Of a DNA stretch of 64,000 bases, positions 46,680 to 55,328 are shown in pieces. Under the pieces are notes generated by a model. It worked only from the letters and a program-made list of their open reading frames with translations, was not told the DNA's origin and made no database searches. A program made the position numbers and the translations under genes. Where the stretch lies: IMG/VR virus record IMGVR_UViG_3300022699_000302, positions 1 to 64,000 of that record. One strand, 5' to 3'. Numbering within the stretch: position 1 is the first letter of the stretch; the number at the start of each line of letters is the position of its first letter. This DNA is from a virus.

Positions 46680-47531
46680 ATGTTCAACCCAGACCATTGG
46701 CTGTGTCCTGGATGTGGGTCGGGACTAGAAAATATCGTAGTCGTGAATGAAGAGTACTCGTCTCAGGTTAATCTGTATGGTCCCGTATTTTCATCGAAGT
46801 CCCCGGGTACACCGCTCACTGATGAGTACATAAAAACTGTTCATGACAATGTTCATGATGAGGGCTGCATAGGCTATGAGTGTCAGGCCTGCACCCTGGA
46901 GTTCTCCAGTCTTGTTCCGGCTGAAGACTCCATCGATAAGGCTTTGTTTGAAGCTCAGAATGACCCTGCATTCGCCGAGCTCATCTCAGTGGTACCCGAA
47001 GGGTTCCGTATGCTTTTCCTCCAACCCAACGGATCTATTTTTGCTGGTGTAAATGCACCCCTACCATCGCCAGGTGGTTGGATACACGGTGGTCCTCTGT
47101 CCTACCAAGGAACCATTGCTCCGATCGTCGAGCATGTGCCCGAGCACATGGATCAGATCACCAAGCTTTACCGTAACCACACCGAACACACCATGCTTGG
47201 AGAACGATTTCTCCACGACGACTTAGACCGGTATCTCTGGACGACGACCTACAACGAAATCGTCATCCATCAAGCGGCCAAAACGGCTGCCCTCTTCCCT
47301 CAGTCGGTGGTTAATGGCGCGCTCTACGATAGCGTGGTGGAAGCTCGCCAGAAGGTCTTGAAGTCGTTTACGTGTTACAAAGACGAGAAAACAGGGGTCA
47401 CCAAGATTGACTTCGCCGCCCCCGTAAAAGCCAAGATGCCGGAGAGCGATCATCCTCTCTCGGGATCTAAAGGGAATGAACCTTGGTGGAAGGTTCGTAG
47501 CTTAATTGAAATGAGTATGGTGACACCATGA
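46680..47531 (+). CDS. WW-motif family protein 1 (N-terminal Zn ribbon)
   Basis: CPGC..CQAC; ends EPWWKVRSLIEMSMVTP; ATG 46680 after GAGGAGG. Confidence 0.75.
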   Translation: MFNPDHWLCPGCGSGLENIVVVNEEYSSQVNLYGPVFSSKSPGTPLTDEYIKTVHDNVHDEGCIGYECQACTLEFSSLVPAEDSIDKALFEAQNDPAFAELISVVPEGFRMLFLQPNGSIFAGVNAPLPSPGGWIHGGPLSYQGTIAPIVEHVPEHMDQITKLYRNHTEHTMLGERFLHDDLDRYLWTTTYNEIVIHQAAKTAALFPQSVVNGALYDSVVEARQKVLKSFTCYKDEKTGVTKIDFAAPVKAKMPESDHPLSGSKGNEPWWKVRSLIEMSMVTP

Positions 47532-48220
47532 AGAAACTGAACAGGCTGATCTATAAAGCGCTAACACCTTTGATGTGGGTTGTTGGAGTGATTGTCGGCG
47601 GCATGTCTTGGATCCATGCAAGGCTTTGGAGGCGCGTAGCTCAGCCCGAACTTCCCAAATCTTTTGAGCCCAAACAGTTGAAGGCTTCTTATGGGCCGAC
47701 TGCGTACTTCCAGTCGACATACACACAGTCGACATATACGCCGTTGGCGTACAAAGGAGGAGGCTTTGGCTTGGGTGCGGGCATCTTCAATGCTGCTCTC
47801 CCCCATCAAGGACTCACTGCTGCACAGATCCAGATCTCAAGATACTTTCAACTGCATCAGTCGATCTTATCGGTCCAACAATGGCTTCAGGGACTGAGTA
47901 GGCAGGGGGAGATACGGGATATTAGCTTTGGATGCGCAAAGGCTGAAGTCCTGGATGATCCGGCTTTTTCTGTCAGCACAAAGACCGAAATAAAGATTCC
48001 GATTTTTGCATCGGTAGAATCCAATAAGCAGGTCCTGGAGAGATCCCGAGTATTCTCTCTGTCCTCTCTTGTCCCGCTCAGTCAGTTCTTGACCAAAGCA
48101 CAGGCCCTCGCCGACCGTTATGTCACGATTTCACCAAAACCAGAAATTCAGCTGATCGAACGATTGTGGTGGAACAGACCACGGTTCGATGAGCTTCATC
48201 TCCAAAAGAAGGGCGCTTAG
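47528..48220 (+). CDS. WW-motif family protein 2 (N-terminal TM helix)
   Basis: ends RLWWNRPRFDELHLQKKGA. Confidence 0.75.
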   Translation: MKKLNRLIYKALTPLMWVVGVIVGGMSWIHARLWRRVAQPELPKSFEPKQLKASYGPTAYFQSTYTQSTYTPLAYKGGGFGLGAGIFNAALPHQGLTAAQIQISRYFQLHQSILSVQQWLQGLSRQGEIRDISFGCAKAEVLDDPAFSVSTKTEIKIPIFASVESNKQVLERSRVFSLSSLVPLSQFLTKAQALADRYVTISPKPEIQLIERLWWNRPRFDELHLQKKGA

Positions 48221-48236
48221 GCGCCCTTTTCTTTTA
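48204..48236 (+). terminator. Intrinsic terminator inside WW array
   Basis: AAGGGCGC-TTAG-GCGCCCTT-TTCTTTTA. Confidence 0.8.
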
Positions 48237-48243
48237 GTTCTAT

Positions 48244-48252
48244 GGCCTAAGA
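48244..48252 (+). promoter_or_regulatory. GGCCTAAGA promoter-like motif
   Basis: Directly after terminator, first G 34 bp upstream of ATG 48278. Confidence 0.65.
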
Positions 48253-48277
48253 AGATGAGTCCTTTTTGGAGAGTCTT

Positions 48278-48727
48278 ATGCCAACATACGCTAAATCCCT
48301 AAGGCCCGTCCTTCCGATGCGAAAAGCGCTGCCTGAGTCTCGTGGGGAGCTAAGGTCTGCAGCTTGTCGGGCCTACAGGGCGTCCGATGGGTGGCTTTAT
48401 GTTTTACCGGCAGCAGATTATTTGCCTCCTGAAGTAGTTTCTCAGGCTATCGACCACGGGTTCAAGACCATCACGCTGGGAAAAGACTGTTTCAACTACT
48501 TCGACAAGGATCCGTCTGCTAGCTGGTGTTCCGGTCACGGAGGGGATTGGCCGGGATATCATGGGAAATCGGATACGTATTTTCACCGAATCTTAATTTC
48601 AAAGATCTCCGCTGTCACAGTTTTCCGTGTCGATGAATTCGGTCGTGAGTGGTGGAAATCGCCGGCTCTGCATGAGCTGAACATGGGAGCGCAGTCAGGA
48701 GGGTCTAATAGTGAAAGAGTCGAGTGA
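48278..48727 (+). CDS. WW-motif family protein 3
   Basis: REWWKSPALHELNMG near C-terminus. Confidence 0.75.
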   Translation: MPTYAKSLRPVLPMRKALPESRGELRSAACRAYRASDGWLYVLPAADYLPPEVVSQAIDHGFKTITLGKDCFNYFDKDPSASWCSGHGGDWPGYHGKSDTYFHRILISKISAVTVFRVDEFGREWWKSPALHELNMGAQSGGSNSERVE

Positions 48728-49211
48728 CGTCAATACAGAGAGACAGATCAACCTAGCCCTCACCCGCATGACTTACGAATTGACAGACCTTTTGCCTCGC
48801 ACCACCTTACAGGAGTATGTGGGAGAGTTGTTTGATCGTGCGGCGTACATCTCAGTCGACGGTTCTGGAAGTGTATGGGCATGGACTGTCAAACCTCGTC
48901 TTCACACGCCTTACAATGGAGCCGTTATTTGGGATGCTCCTTTTGAAGAGGAGCCTGATGATGTCGGCTGTCACCTCGTAGGGCTTAGTACTGTCCTGGC
49001 GGGTGTCATGGCCTCGTGTCATCTTACCCCTTTTGTTTGGTTCGACGAGGGTGAGAATGCCTGGTGGATGAACGCCGACGAGGCATGCCTGGAGCTTACC
49101 CCCAATCTCACCTTCCAGGACATATTCCTGAGTCTGCTGGGTGGTCGGAAAAAGATTGAAAGAGACTGGTGGAACCACACCAGTTTCAGGGAGCTTATTC
49201 TTCATGAATAG
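48711..49211 (+). CDS. WW-motif family protein 4
   Basis: YISVDGSGSVWAWTVKP; ends RDWWNHTSFRELILHE. Confidence 0.78.
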   Translation: MKESSDVNTERQINLALTRMTYELTDLLPRTTLQEYVGELFDRAAYISVDGSGSVWAWTVKPRLHTPYNGAVIWDAPFEEEPDDVGCHLVGLSTVLAGVMASCHLTPFVWFDEGENAWWMNADEACLELTPNLTFQDIFLSLLGGRKKIERDWWNHTSFRELILHE

Positions 49212-49728
49212 CAATAACGAATTTCGTGACAAACAGGTGTTGCGACGTGCTATTATCAGGTCTTACTTCTCGAATTACTTGAGAGGTGTAGGCTCCTCAG
49301 AGTCTTTATGGCGTTCCGCTACCACTTACATCCAAGAGCGGGCGTTATCGCTGACTTCGGAGTCTGCTGCATTCATGGCGATTGATCCTTATTTCCAGTT
49401 CTACGCGTACTCAGCCAAGCCGATTTGGAGAGGGGGTGTGTTTACTCGGCCGGAGTGGCACCCGAATGGCTCTCGATGGTCGAAGATGACTTGTTTGAGT
49501 TTGAGAGGATTGTCGGCGCGTGACGCCCTTTCGGAAATGCTACTGATCGACACCCAGACCGAGGGGTGGGGCGACGGTTTCTACTGGGATCGCGCCATCA
49601 TCAGTAGAGACGAGTCTATCTCAATATTGCTCGATAGGTTGCTGGGTTTTTGCCCCGGAATTGAGTTGTCGAAGAAGGAGTGGTGGAAATTTCCCGTGAT
49701 GTCGGAACTGGTAATGCATAGGGCCTAA
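49204..49728 (+). CDS. WW-motif family protein 5
   Basis: FMAIDPYFQFYAYSAKP; ends KEWWKFPVMSELVMHRA. Confidence 0.78.
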   Translation: MNSNNEFRDKQVLRRAIIRSYFSNYLRGVGSSESLWRSATTYIQERALSLTSESAAFMAIDPYFQFYAYSAKPIWRGGVFTRPEWHPNGSRWSKMTCLSLRGLSARDALSEMLLIDTQTEGWGDGFYWDRAIISRDESISILLDRLLGFCPGIELSKKEWWKFPVMSELVMHRA

Positions 49729-49730
49729 GA
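49722..49730 (+). promoter_or_regulatory. GGCCTAAGA promoter-like motif
   Basis: Overlaps stop of previous gene; first G 38 bp upstream of ATG 49760. Confidence 0.6.
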
Positions 49731-49759
49731 CAACAGAGAAACTTCAACCAGGAGAGGGT

Positions 49760-50020
49760 ATGACTGAGTTTAGTAAGACCTCAGAAGAGGCAGAGTACTT
49801 TGTGATCGCAAACAACAAGGATGAATTCTTGTTGGACAAGAACAACAAGGAATTTCCTTCAATTGTTTTCGTACGACAATTGCGTCGAGCTCATCGGTAC
49901 ACCAAACTAGAGGTGGCTGAAGCCGACGCAATCCATTTCAAGAAGGCGTTGAACCTTGCCGACATCTATGTCGTGGAGGTCAAAGAAACGATCGATTACG
50001 CGATGAGATCATGTCTATAA
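49760..50020 (+). CDS. Hypothetical protein (no WW motif) inside the array
   Basis: 86 aa, AGGAG RBS. Confidence 0.7.
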   Translation: MTEFSKTSEEAEYFVIANNKDEFLLDKNNKEFPSIVFVRQLRRAHRYTKLEVAEADAIHFKKALNLADIYVVEVKETIDYAMRSCL

Positions 50021-50101
50021 ACAAAAAAGGGCCAACCCCCTAAGTCCTTTGCCGAACAGCTCAAGCAGGCCGAGAAGCAAAAGGTCAAATGGCTGGAGTC
50101 G

Positions 50102-50545
50102 GTGATCAAGAAAATGAAAGCGAAATATATAACAATGAGTAGTGGCTATCCCTTCGAAAAGTATGAACAACACAACTACCGTGTTCTCCAGGAAGATGAG
50201 GAAAAACGGGAAGACTTCTTTCAGAAGCTGTCGCACCGAACCGGATTCGAGGTTCGCGCGATCTCCTGGGTCCGAGATCGTGGGTGGGTAGCTTGGAGTT
50301 ATGACATCGAGTACGACCGATTGCCTTTTGTCGGCATCGCGTCGAATTGGAGGAAGGCAGGGGGCCGGCCGCTCTTACCTCAGGACCACAGTTCCCGTAT
50401 CTTGGATTGCCAAATCACGATGGTCCCTCCGGTCGGGGTAAACCAGGAAGAAGCGACCCTAGTTTTGCGGTATCCCCGTGACCCCAGCAGGTGGTGGATC
50501 TACCCCAGATTCGAAGAGCTGAGGACTTGCCGGCAATCGGCATAG
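50102..50545 (+). CDS. WW-motif family protein 6 (5' end anomalous)
   Basis: ends SRWWIYPRFEELRTCRQSA; frame open and protein-like from 50021. Confidence 0.7.
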   Translation: MIKKMKAKYITMSSGYPFEKYEQHNYRVLQEDEEKREDFFQKLSHRTGFEVRAISWVRDRGWVAWSYDIEYDRLPFVGIASNWRKAGGRPLLPQDHSSRILDCQITMVPPVGVNQEEATLVLRYPRDPSRWWIYPRFEELRTCRQSA

Positions 50546-50609
50546 ACTTATTCATTCATTTCTATTTCGAAGCGCGGACGAACCGCGCTTCTTTCATTGG
50601 GGAGGAGTT

Positions 50610-51110
50610 ATGGAAGAAGACGCTGAAGCATCGAATGAGAATCTTCCTGATATTCTAGAAGAACTAGAGCTGCTCGATGCCACAGAGGACGCCCAGGAGG
50701 CTCACGGAATCCCTCCGACGGTCGAATACCCTTTCAGGTTACTGAAGAGGTCCGCTGAAGCACGAGCCGAGCTCTTCGCTATGATCGAGGAAAGATCCTC
50801 GCTAAAAGGTCCGTTCAAGTGTGTGGTCTATCAGCCCACCCTCAGGTCATGGATTACAACCACTGGGATGGTTGAGTTTGAGGGTAAAGCGTGGTTTTGG
50901 GCACGGGGTAAAAACGGAAACCGGTTATACGGCAATACCAAGGACCTGGTGAGTCTTCGGTTGGATGTGGTTCTTCTGTCAGATCTGGACAAAAAGCTCA
51001 GCTTCCAGAATCGAATCATTATCAACGACCGATTCAATCGGTTTTCCCGGCGGGAGTGGTGGAAGGAGGCCCGCATGGCTGAGATGAGGATGGTGAACCA
51101 TGGCGACTAA
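50610..51110 (+). CDS. WW-motif family protein 7
   Basis: GGAGGAG RBS; ends REWWKEARMAEMRMVNHGD. Confidence 0.78.
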   Translation: MEEDAEASNENLPDILEELELLDATEDAQEAHGIPPTVEYPFRLLKRSAEARAELFAMIEERSSLKGPFKCVVYQPTLRSWITTTGMVEFEGKAWFWARGKNGNRLYGNTKDLVSLRLDVVLLSDLDKKLSFQNRIIINDRFNRFSRREWWKEARMAEMRMVNHGD

Positions 51111-51588
51111 TGATTCAACCCAGACCTATCAGGCCTGGTACATCGGATACAAACCCGACGGAACCAATTCGCCTCCTGCATATGCAGGGATAAATAACTC
51201 TTGGACTATGGTGCTGAACTACGAAAGGGTGAAATCGGATCCCGAGTATCGGAATAGGGTGCTTAAGACTATTCTCAACGATAAGGGGTGGGAAAACAGT
51301 CAATGCATATTTCTTGGGCGGAAACGCAGCGGCGTCTGGATGGTTTATTCTTATCCGACCCGGTGGAGCTCTTATTTCCAGAACTGGCTTCTGGACGAGG
51401 ATCGTGGAGCTTCTATCCCTCTAAGCGATCATAGATCTCGTCCTCTGGCTGAATTTGGTATCGACCTAATTACTGACAAAGATCTTAGCGAGCCCGTAGG
51501 TATGTACCTCCTGGGCGAGGATCTGCCTATTCAGCGGGACTGGTGGAAGCACAGTAGATTCAAGGAGATCACATGCAGGAAGGCTTAA
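51100..51588 (+). CDS. WW-motif family protein 8
   Basis: ends RDWWKHSRFKEITCRKA. Confidence 0.78.
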   Translation: MATNDSTQTYQAWYIGYKPDGTNSPPAYAGINNSWTMVLNYERVKSDPEYRNRVLKTILNDKGWENSQCIFLGRKRSGVWMVYSYPTRWSSYFQNWLLDEDRGASIPLSDHRSRPLAEFGIDLITDKDLSEPVGMYLLGEDLPIQRDWWKHSRFKEITCRKA

Positions 51589-52103
51589 CGCCTCAGACGA
51601 TCCAGGATCGTCTTTCCATAATTGCGAACTCTATTTTTGAGCTAACTAAGGACGTAGCGGTCTGGGAGATCGACCAGATCTACCACGTCGTTTATTTTCC
51701 GAATTCATGGGCTCGTTTTCTGGTCTTTCCTCTCAATACCGAATTTACTTTTCTTGACGACAAATACCTGGTCATGTGGCCGACTAGTGTGACTCCGATT
51801 CCGACATGTCGAACCGACGGTCTTAGTTTAGAAAGCTCCCTCAAGAAAGCAGGTCTTTGTCCTGATCAGGAGCGTGGGTTGATCTTCAACATGGTGCTCT
51901 CAGATCCTGAGGGTTCATGGGAGCATGAGGCCCGAGCCACAAGGTCTTCCTATGTCATTGATCATATCGGCGGCGGTGTGCTGATCCCTTTGTCTCGATG
52001 GCTTGCGCGCCCCGCCCTCATGAAAACATGGTGGAACCACTCCCACCTGAAGGAGCTTGTGTTGGTCGCATCGGATGCAGCCAAGGAGGAGATCAGTGAC
52101 TGA
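51573..52103 (+). CDS. WW-motif family protein 9
   Basis: KTWWNHSHLKELVL near C-terminus. Confidence 0.78.
   Translation: MQEGLTPQTIQDRLSIIANSIFELTKDVAVWEIDQIYHVVYFPNSWARFLVFPLNTEFTFLDDKYLVMWPTSVTPIPTCRTDGLSLESSLKKAGLCPDQERGLIFNMVLSDPEGSWEHEARATRSSYVIDHIGGGVLIPLSRWLARPALMKTWWNHSHLKELVLVASDAAKEEISD
52062..52084 (+). promoter_or_regulatory. 23-bp dyad element, copy 6
   Basis: TTGGTCGCATCGGATGCAGCCAA then GGAGGAG RBS of the next gene. Confidence 0.75.
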
Positions 52104-52539
52104 ATTCTACATGAAGCAAATCATTGTTGCTGAGGACTGGAACGAGCTCCTCAACTCAGCAATGAGGCAAATCATCGCTAAGGCAGTTCGCAAGGCAGTT
52201 CGCAAGGCGAGGCCTCCTCACATAGATACATCCCAGCTGTGGCTGTATTGGTCTGCTCTTTTGAATGAGTGGTGTGTGGCGACACAAAAACTGGAGTTCG
52301 ACTCATATACAGCGGTCTGGAACTGGCCCAAGGACATGCCACCGTACGACCGGAGGCACCGGAGGCAATGGAGAGCTTTCCTGCTGAAGACCTTCAATAT
52401 TCATTTGAAGCTCGAAAACATAGATCTCCCTGATAACCAAGAGGAGCGGATCATCCCGTTGACCAGCACCCCCGATCTTCGGGATTGGTGGAATCACTCC
52501 CACCTGAAAGAGCTGCAATGTGTAAGGAGCAGATCATGA
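52096..52539 (+). CDS. WW-motif family protein 10
   Basis: GTG 52096 after GGAGGAG; ends RDWWNHSHLKELQCVRSRS. Confidence 0.78.
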   Translation: MTEFYMKQIIVAEDWNELLNSAMRQIIAKAVRKAVRKARPPHIDTSQLWLYWSALLNEWCVATQKLEFDSYTAVWNWPKDMPPYDRRHRRQWRAFLLKTFNIHLKLENIDLPDNQEERIIPLTSTPDLRDWWNHSHLKELQCVRSRS

Positions 52540-53057
52540 CACCAGAACAACAATTGAAATCTATCAGAAAGCAGTTATTCGCTCTCATCAAGGGTTGGTT
52601 CGACGATTACGGTATACCTCTTTCCACGGTATTGATCTGGGAAGAAGCGGTCGAGGCTGCGTATCAGAGGAAACTCGACGGAAATAAGATACAAGCGGTA
52701 ACCATTGAAAAGTACGAAATCGAGGATACCTGGTCGGTCTATGCACACCTGGTCGATCCGATCTACTCGAAGGAGGGGGAGGAGTGGCTCCCCTTCCACG
52801 AAAGTGACTTCCCTTCGATGATCGCCAAGTGTGTGGAGATCACCGCAGTCAACAAGACTCTTTCCGAATGCTTTCTTGACCTTCAGATCGACCCCAACGC
52901 ACATGCCACGCCGGAAAAGGCAGTGATCTATCGCGGTAGGAGCGAGAGTACTTTTGAGCTTCTGGTCGAAAGGATGCTGGGTCTTGCTGCCTCCGGAACC
53001 TTGGTCGAGCCGGATTGGTGGAACCACCGCAGGTTTAAGGAGTTGATCCATGGATAA
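52536..53057 (+). CDS. WW-motif family protein 11
   Basis: AAGGAG RBS, ATGA coupling; ends PDWWNHRRFKELIHG. Confidence 0.78.
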   Translation: MTPEQQLKSIRKQLFALIKGWFDDYGIPLSTVLIWEEAVEAAYQRKLDGNKIQAVTIEKYEIEDTWSVYAHLVDPIYSKEGEEWLPFHESDFPSMIAKCVEITAVNKTLSECFLDLQIDPNAHATPEKAVIYRGRSESTFELLVERMLGLAASGTLVEPDWWNHRRFKELIHG

Positions 53058-53562
53058 AGTCCCTCAACCCAGTGCGTACTGGGTGTTGTACGATCAATTG
53101 AAGCGAAATGTAGATAGTCTCAACGAGCTCGATATCTGGGACCATGCCAAGAAGGACTCCGAAGCTGGTTACGTCTCGGGGTTCAACCCTTTAGCAATAG
53201 CCATGGATCGTGATTTTTCGTGCTATGCCTACGCAGACACGCCGAGATTCACGGACTACGTAGGCATATGGTACCCCCTGGCACTTGCGAAGCCTCCAGC
53301 GCTCGGACGGTATATCAAGTTGGCTGAGCTCACCAATCAGCTTTTGAGAGCAGTAGCGGATCTCGGCTGGAGTGGTGATCTCCGCATACCCTTTCCGCAA
53401 AACGCGGTTGTTCTCTGTGGGGAGCAATCTCCAACACTTGATCTGCTGTTGAAGCGTGCGTTCGGCATAAGAAGCGGTCCTGCTGAAGCAACTCCGGGAC
53501 CCAGTGTTCCGAGGAAATGGTGGACCCACCACCGATTCCGATTGGAGGTCGGTCATGCATGA
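53050..53562 (+). CDS. WW-motif family protein 12
   Basis: IAMDRDFSCYAYADTP; ends RKWWTHHRFRLEVGHA. Confidence 0.78.
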   Translation: MDKVPQPSAYWVLYDQLKRNVDSLNELDIWDHAKKDSEAGYVSGFNPLAIAMDRDFSCYAYADTPRFTDYVGIWYPLALAKPPALGRYIKLAELTNQLLRAVADLGWSGDLRIPFPQNAVVLCGEQSPTLDLLLKRAFGIRSGPAEATPGPSVPRKWWTHHRFRLEVGHA

Positions 53563-54016
53563 TGTTTCCCTAGCCAGCCGGAGAGCCCGTCTCGAACAGA
53601 TTTCATCAATGTTGGAGCGGATATCTCCCTGGAAGTTGGCTGATGAGAGTTTGGGAGTTTACTGCCCCTCTGGTGAAGGTGTTGCGCAGTATCTAGCCAT
53701 AGACTACGACGGGAGCGTATATACATACGAGGGAAAGCCTGTCTTCGACACAAGGGCAGGGGTTTGGATGCCCTCACAGAAACACCCAGACTGCTACACT
53801 CGGGTATCTCCCCTCTCTGACTTGGTTTGCAGCCTTCCGAAGGAGTGTCGTCTCAGCCATACATCGCCGAATCATGAGACGGTGAAACGAGCCTTTGTCA
53901 AACGGGAATCACCGTTCATCATCGCTGTACAGAATTTCCTCGGTCTTGGCGGATACGCCGAACGCGATTGGTGGAATCACTTACGGTTCGAAGAAATGAT
54001 GTTGTCTACGGCCTAA
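53555..54016 (+). CDS. WW-motif family protein 13
   Basis: YLAIDYDGSVYTYEGKP; ends RDWWNHLRFEEMMLSTA. Confidence 0.78.
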   Translation: MHDVSLASRRARLEQISSMLERISPWKLADESLGVYCPSGEGVAQYLAIDYDGSVYTYEGKPVFDTRAGVWMPSQKHPDCYTRVSPLSDLVCSLPKECRLSHTSPNHETVKRAFVKRESPFIIAVQNFLGLGGYAERDWWNHLRFEEMMLSTA

Positions 54017-54018
54017 GA
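54010..54018 (+). promoter_or_regulatory. GGCCTAAGA promoter-like motif
   Basis: Overlaps stop of last WW gene; first G 51 bp upstream of ATG 54061. Confidence 0.6.
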
Positions 54019-54060
54019 CAATAGAGCTGATTAGCCGTTCCTAATGGAACAGGAGTTTTT

Positions 54061-54633
54061 ATGTATCCAAAACCCGACTTAGAGGGAGAAGAGGAGGAAT
54101 TGCCGCCTAAGCCCAAACCTAAGAAGCCCAGGCCCAAGCCCGGGCCCAAGTCCAAGCATAAGGCGGTGCCTCCCGGTTTCCCCGAACCACTGGATGAATC
54201 CCAGGAAAGAAAGGAGTTGCTGGAACAGAAGCATCTGGTCAATTACGACAGCTTGGCCAAGTCTGAGCGGAACATGCTCAAGACTACTGCGGAGACCTCA
54301 GTTGAGCTGGAAAAGGCTCGAGAGGTCACAGCGGACCGGTACAACAAACTGTGTGAGGCCGAGTACGAAGTAGAGGATGTCGAGTACGGTTTAGCCAAAG
54401 CAGAACAGAAGCTGGAGGATTACCAGCAATCAACGGTTGGCCGGCTCAAGGCACGCCTGATCAAGCTGATAAGCGGTTACCCCATTATCGATAAGCTTGA
54501 GGAGGAGATCGCAGCCCTACACATCAAGCAGGAGACTGCCATGAATGAGTATGAGGCTGCAACGAAAGCATGGCAGGACGCTCTGGAGAAGGAGCGCCGA
54601 ATCGCGGAGATCAACCGCAAAGACAACCCGTAG
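54061..54633 (+). CDS. Coiled-coil protein with Pro/Lys-rich N-terminus
   Basis: 190 aa, CAGGAG RBS. Confidence 0.72.
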   Translation: MYPKPDLEGEEEELPPKPKPKKPRPKPGPKSKHKAVPPGFPEPLDESQERKELLEQKHLVNYDSLAKSERNMLKTTAETSVELEKAREVTADRYNKLCEAEYEVEDVEYGLAKAEQKLEDYQQSTVGRLKARLIKLISGYPIIDKLEEEIAALHIKQETAMNEYEAATKAWQDALEKERRIAEINRKDNP

Positions 54634-54651
54634 CTAAGGGGGATAGAGTAC

Positions 54652-55245
54652 ATGGGTAAGACCAAGGACAAGGACAAGGCCGAGGAGACCGAGGAACGAG
54701 AGTTCCCGACGATCAAGCCGACGTTCCTGCCCGGCCAGATAGTCTGGCTGATCGATGACGACGACGTCGACGAAGAGTACGACTGTCCGGCCTGCAAGGC
54801 ACACGGACAGATCAAGCTCTACGACGAAGAAGCGTATGACTGCCCGAAGTGTCACGGCAAGGGTCAGCTCAAGCGCAAGGTCGTCGAGTTCTTCGTGAAG
54901 TCACCGGCACTGGTCTACGAGTTCGACTTCACCTGCACGCTCAAAGATCAGGCGGTCCGCGAGACCTACGATCTCAAGCTGCCGGAGAAACTCGCAGAGA
55001 ACGATGCCCGGTTCAAGACCGGCAAGGATCTCGACTGGGAGAACGCCACGGCATACCGCCGGGTCAACCGGATCGTGCCGCTCCTGATCGCACCGACCTA
55101 TGAAGAGGCGATCGAACGTGCTGAGACCCTGACGAAAACGGATCGAGAGGCCAAAGAACGAGAAGAGGCCGAGAAGCGGAAGAAGCAGCAGGAAGAGGCC
55201 AAGGAAAAGGCCCGCAAGAATGAGCTGATGTCCGCAATGAAGTAA
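54652..55245 (+). CDS. Hypothetical protein with two CxxC motifs (DnaJ-type Zn-finger-like)
   Basis: CPACKAHG..CPKCHGKG; charged C-terminus. Confidence 0.7.
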   Translation: MGKTKDKDKAEETEEREFPTIKPTFLPGQIVWLIDDDDVDEEYDCPACKAHGQIKLYDEEAYDCPKCHGKGQLKRKVVEFFVKSPALVYEFDFTCTLKDQAVRETYDLKLPEKLAENDARFKTGKDLDWENATAYRRVNRIVPLLIAPTYEEAIERAETLTKTDREAKEREEAEKRKKQQEEAKEKARKNELMSAMK

Positions 55246-55273
55246 CTGACTTGGTGATGTCGACACCACCAAG

Positions 55274-55308
55274 AGAAGGACCCTCATATCGGGGGTCCTT
55301 CTTTTTTA
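55274..55308 (+). terminator. Intrinsic terminator
   Basis: AGAAGGACCC/GGGTCCTTCT stem + TTTTTA. Confidence 0.8.
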
Positions 55309-55313
55309 CTTCG

Positions 55314-55328
55314 TATACTGGTTGCATG
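55314..55328 (+). promoter_or_regulatory. -10-like TATACT box 6 nt before ATG (candidate leaderless late promoter)
   Basis: TATACT-GGTTGC-ATG, no Shine-Dalgarno. Confidence 0.5.

Noticed and set aside
47478-53975. Repeated TGGTGG as Chi (GCTGGTGG) sites
   Set aside because: None of the 13 copies is preceded by GC, and TGGTGG is forced by Trp-Trp codons
46680-54016. Diversity-generating retroelement or integron behind the WW array
   Set aside because: No reverse transcriptase, no TR/VR pair with adenine-specific differences, no integrase and no attC-like sites in the window; an enzyme outside the window cannot be excluded
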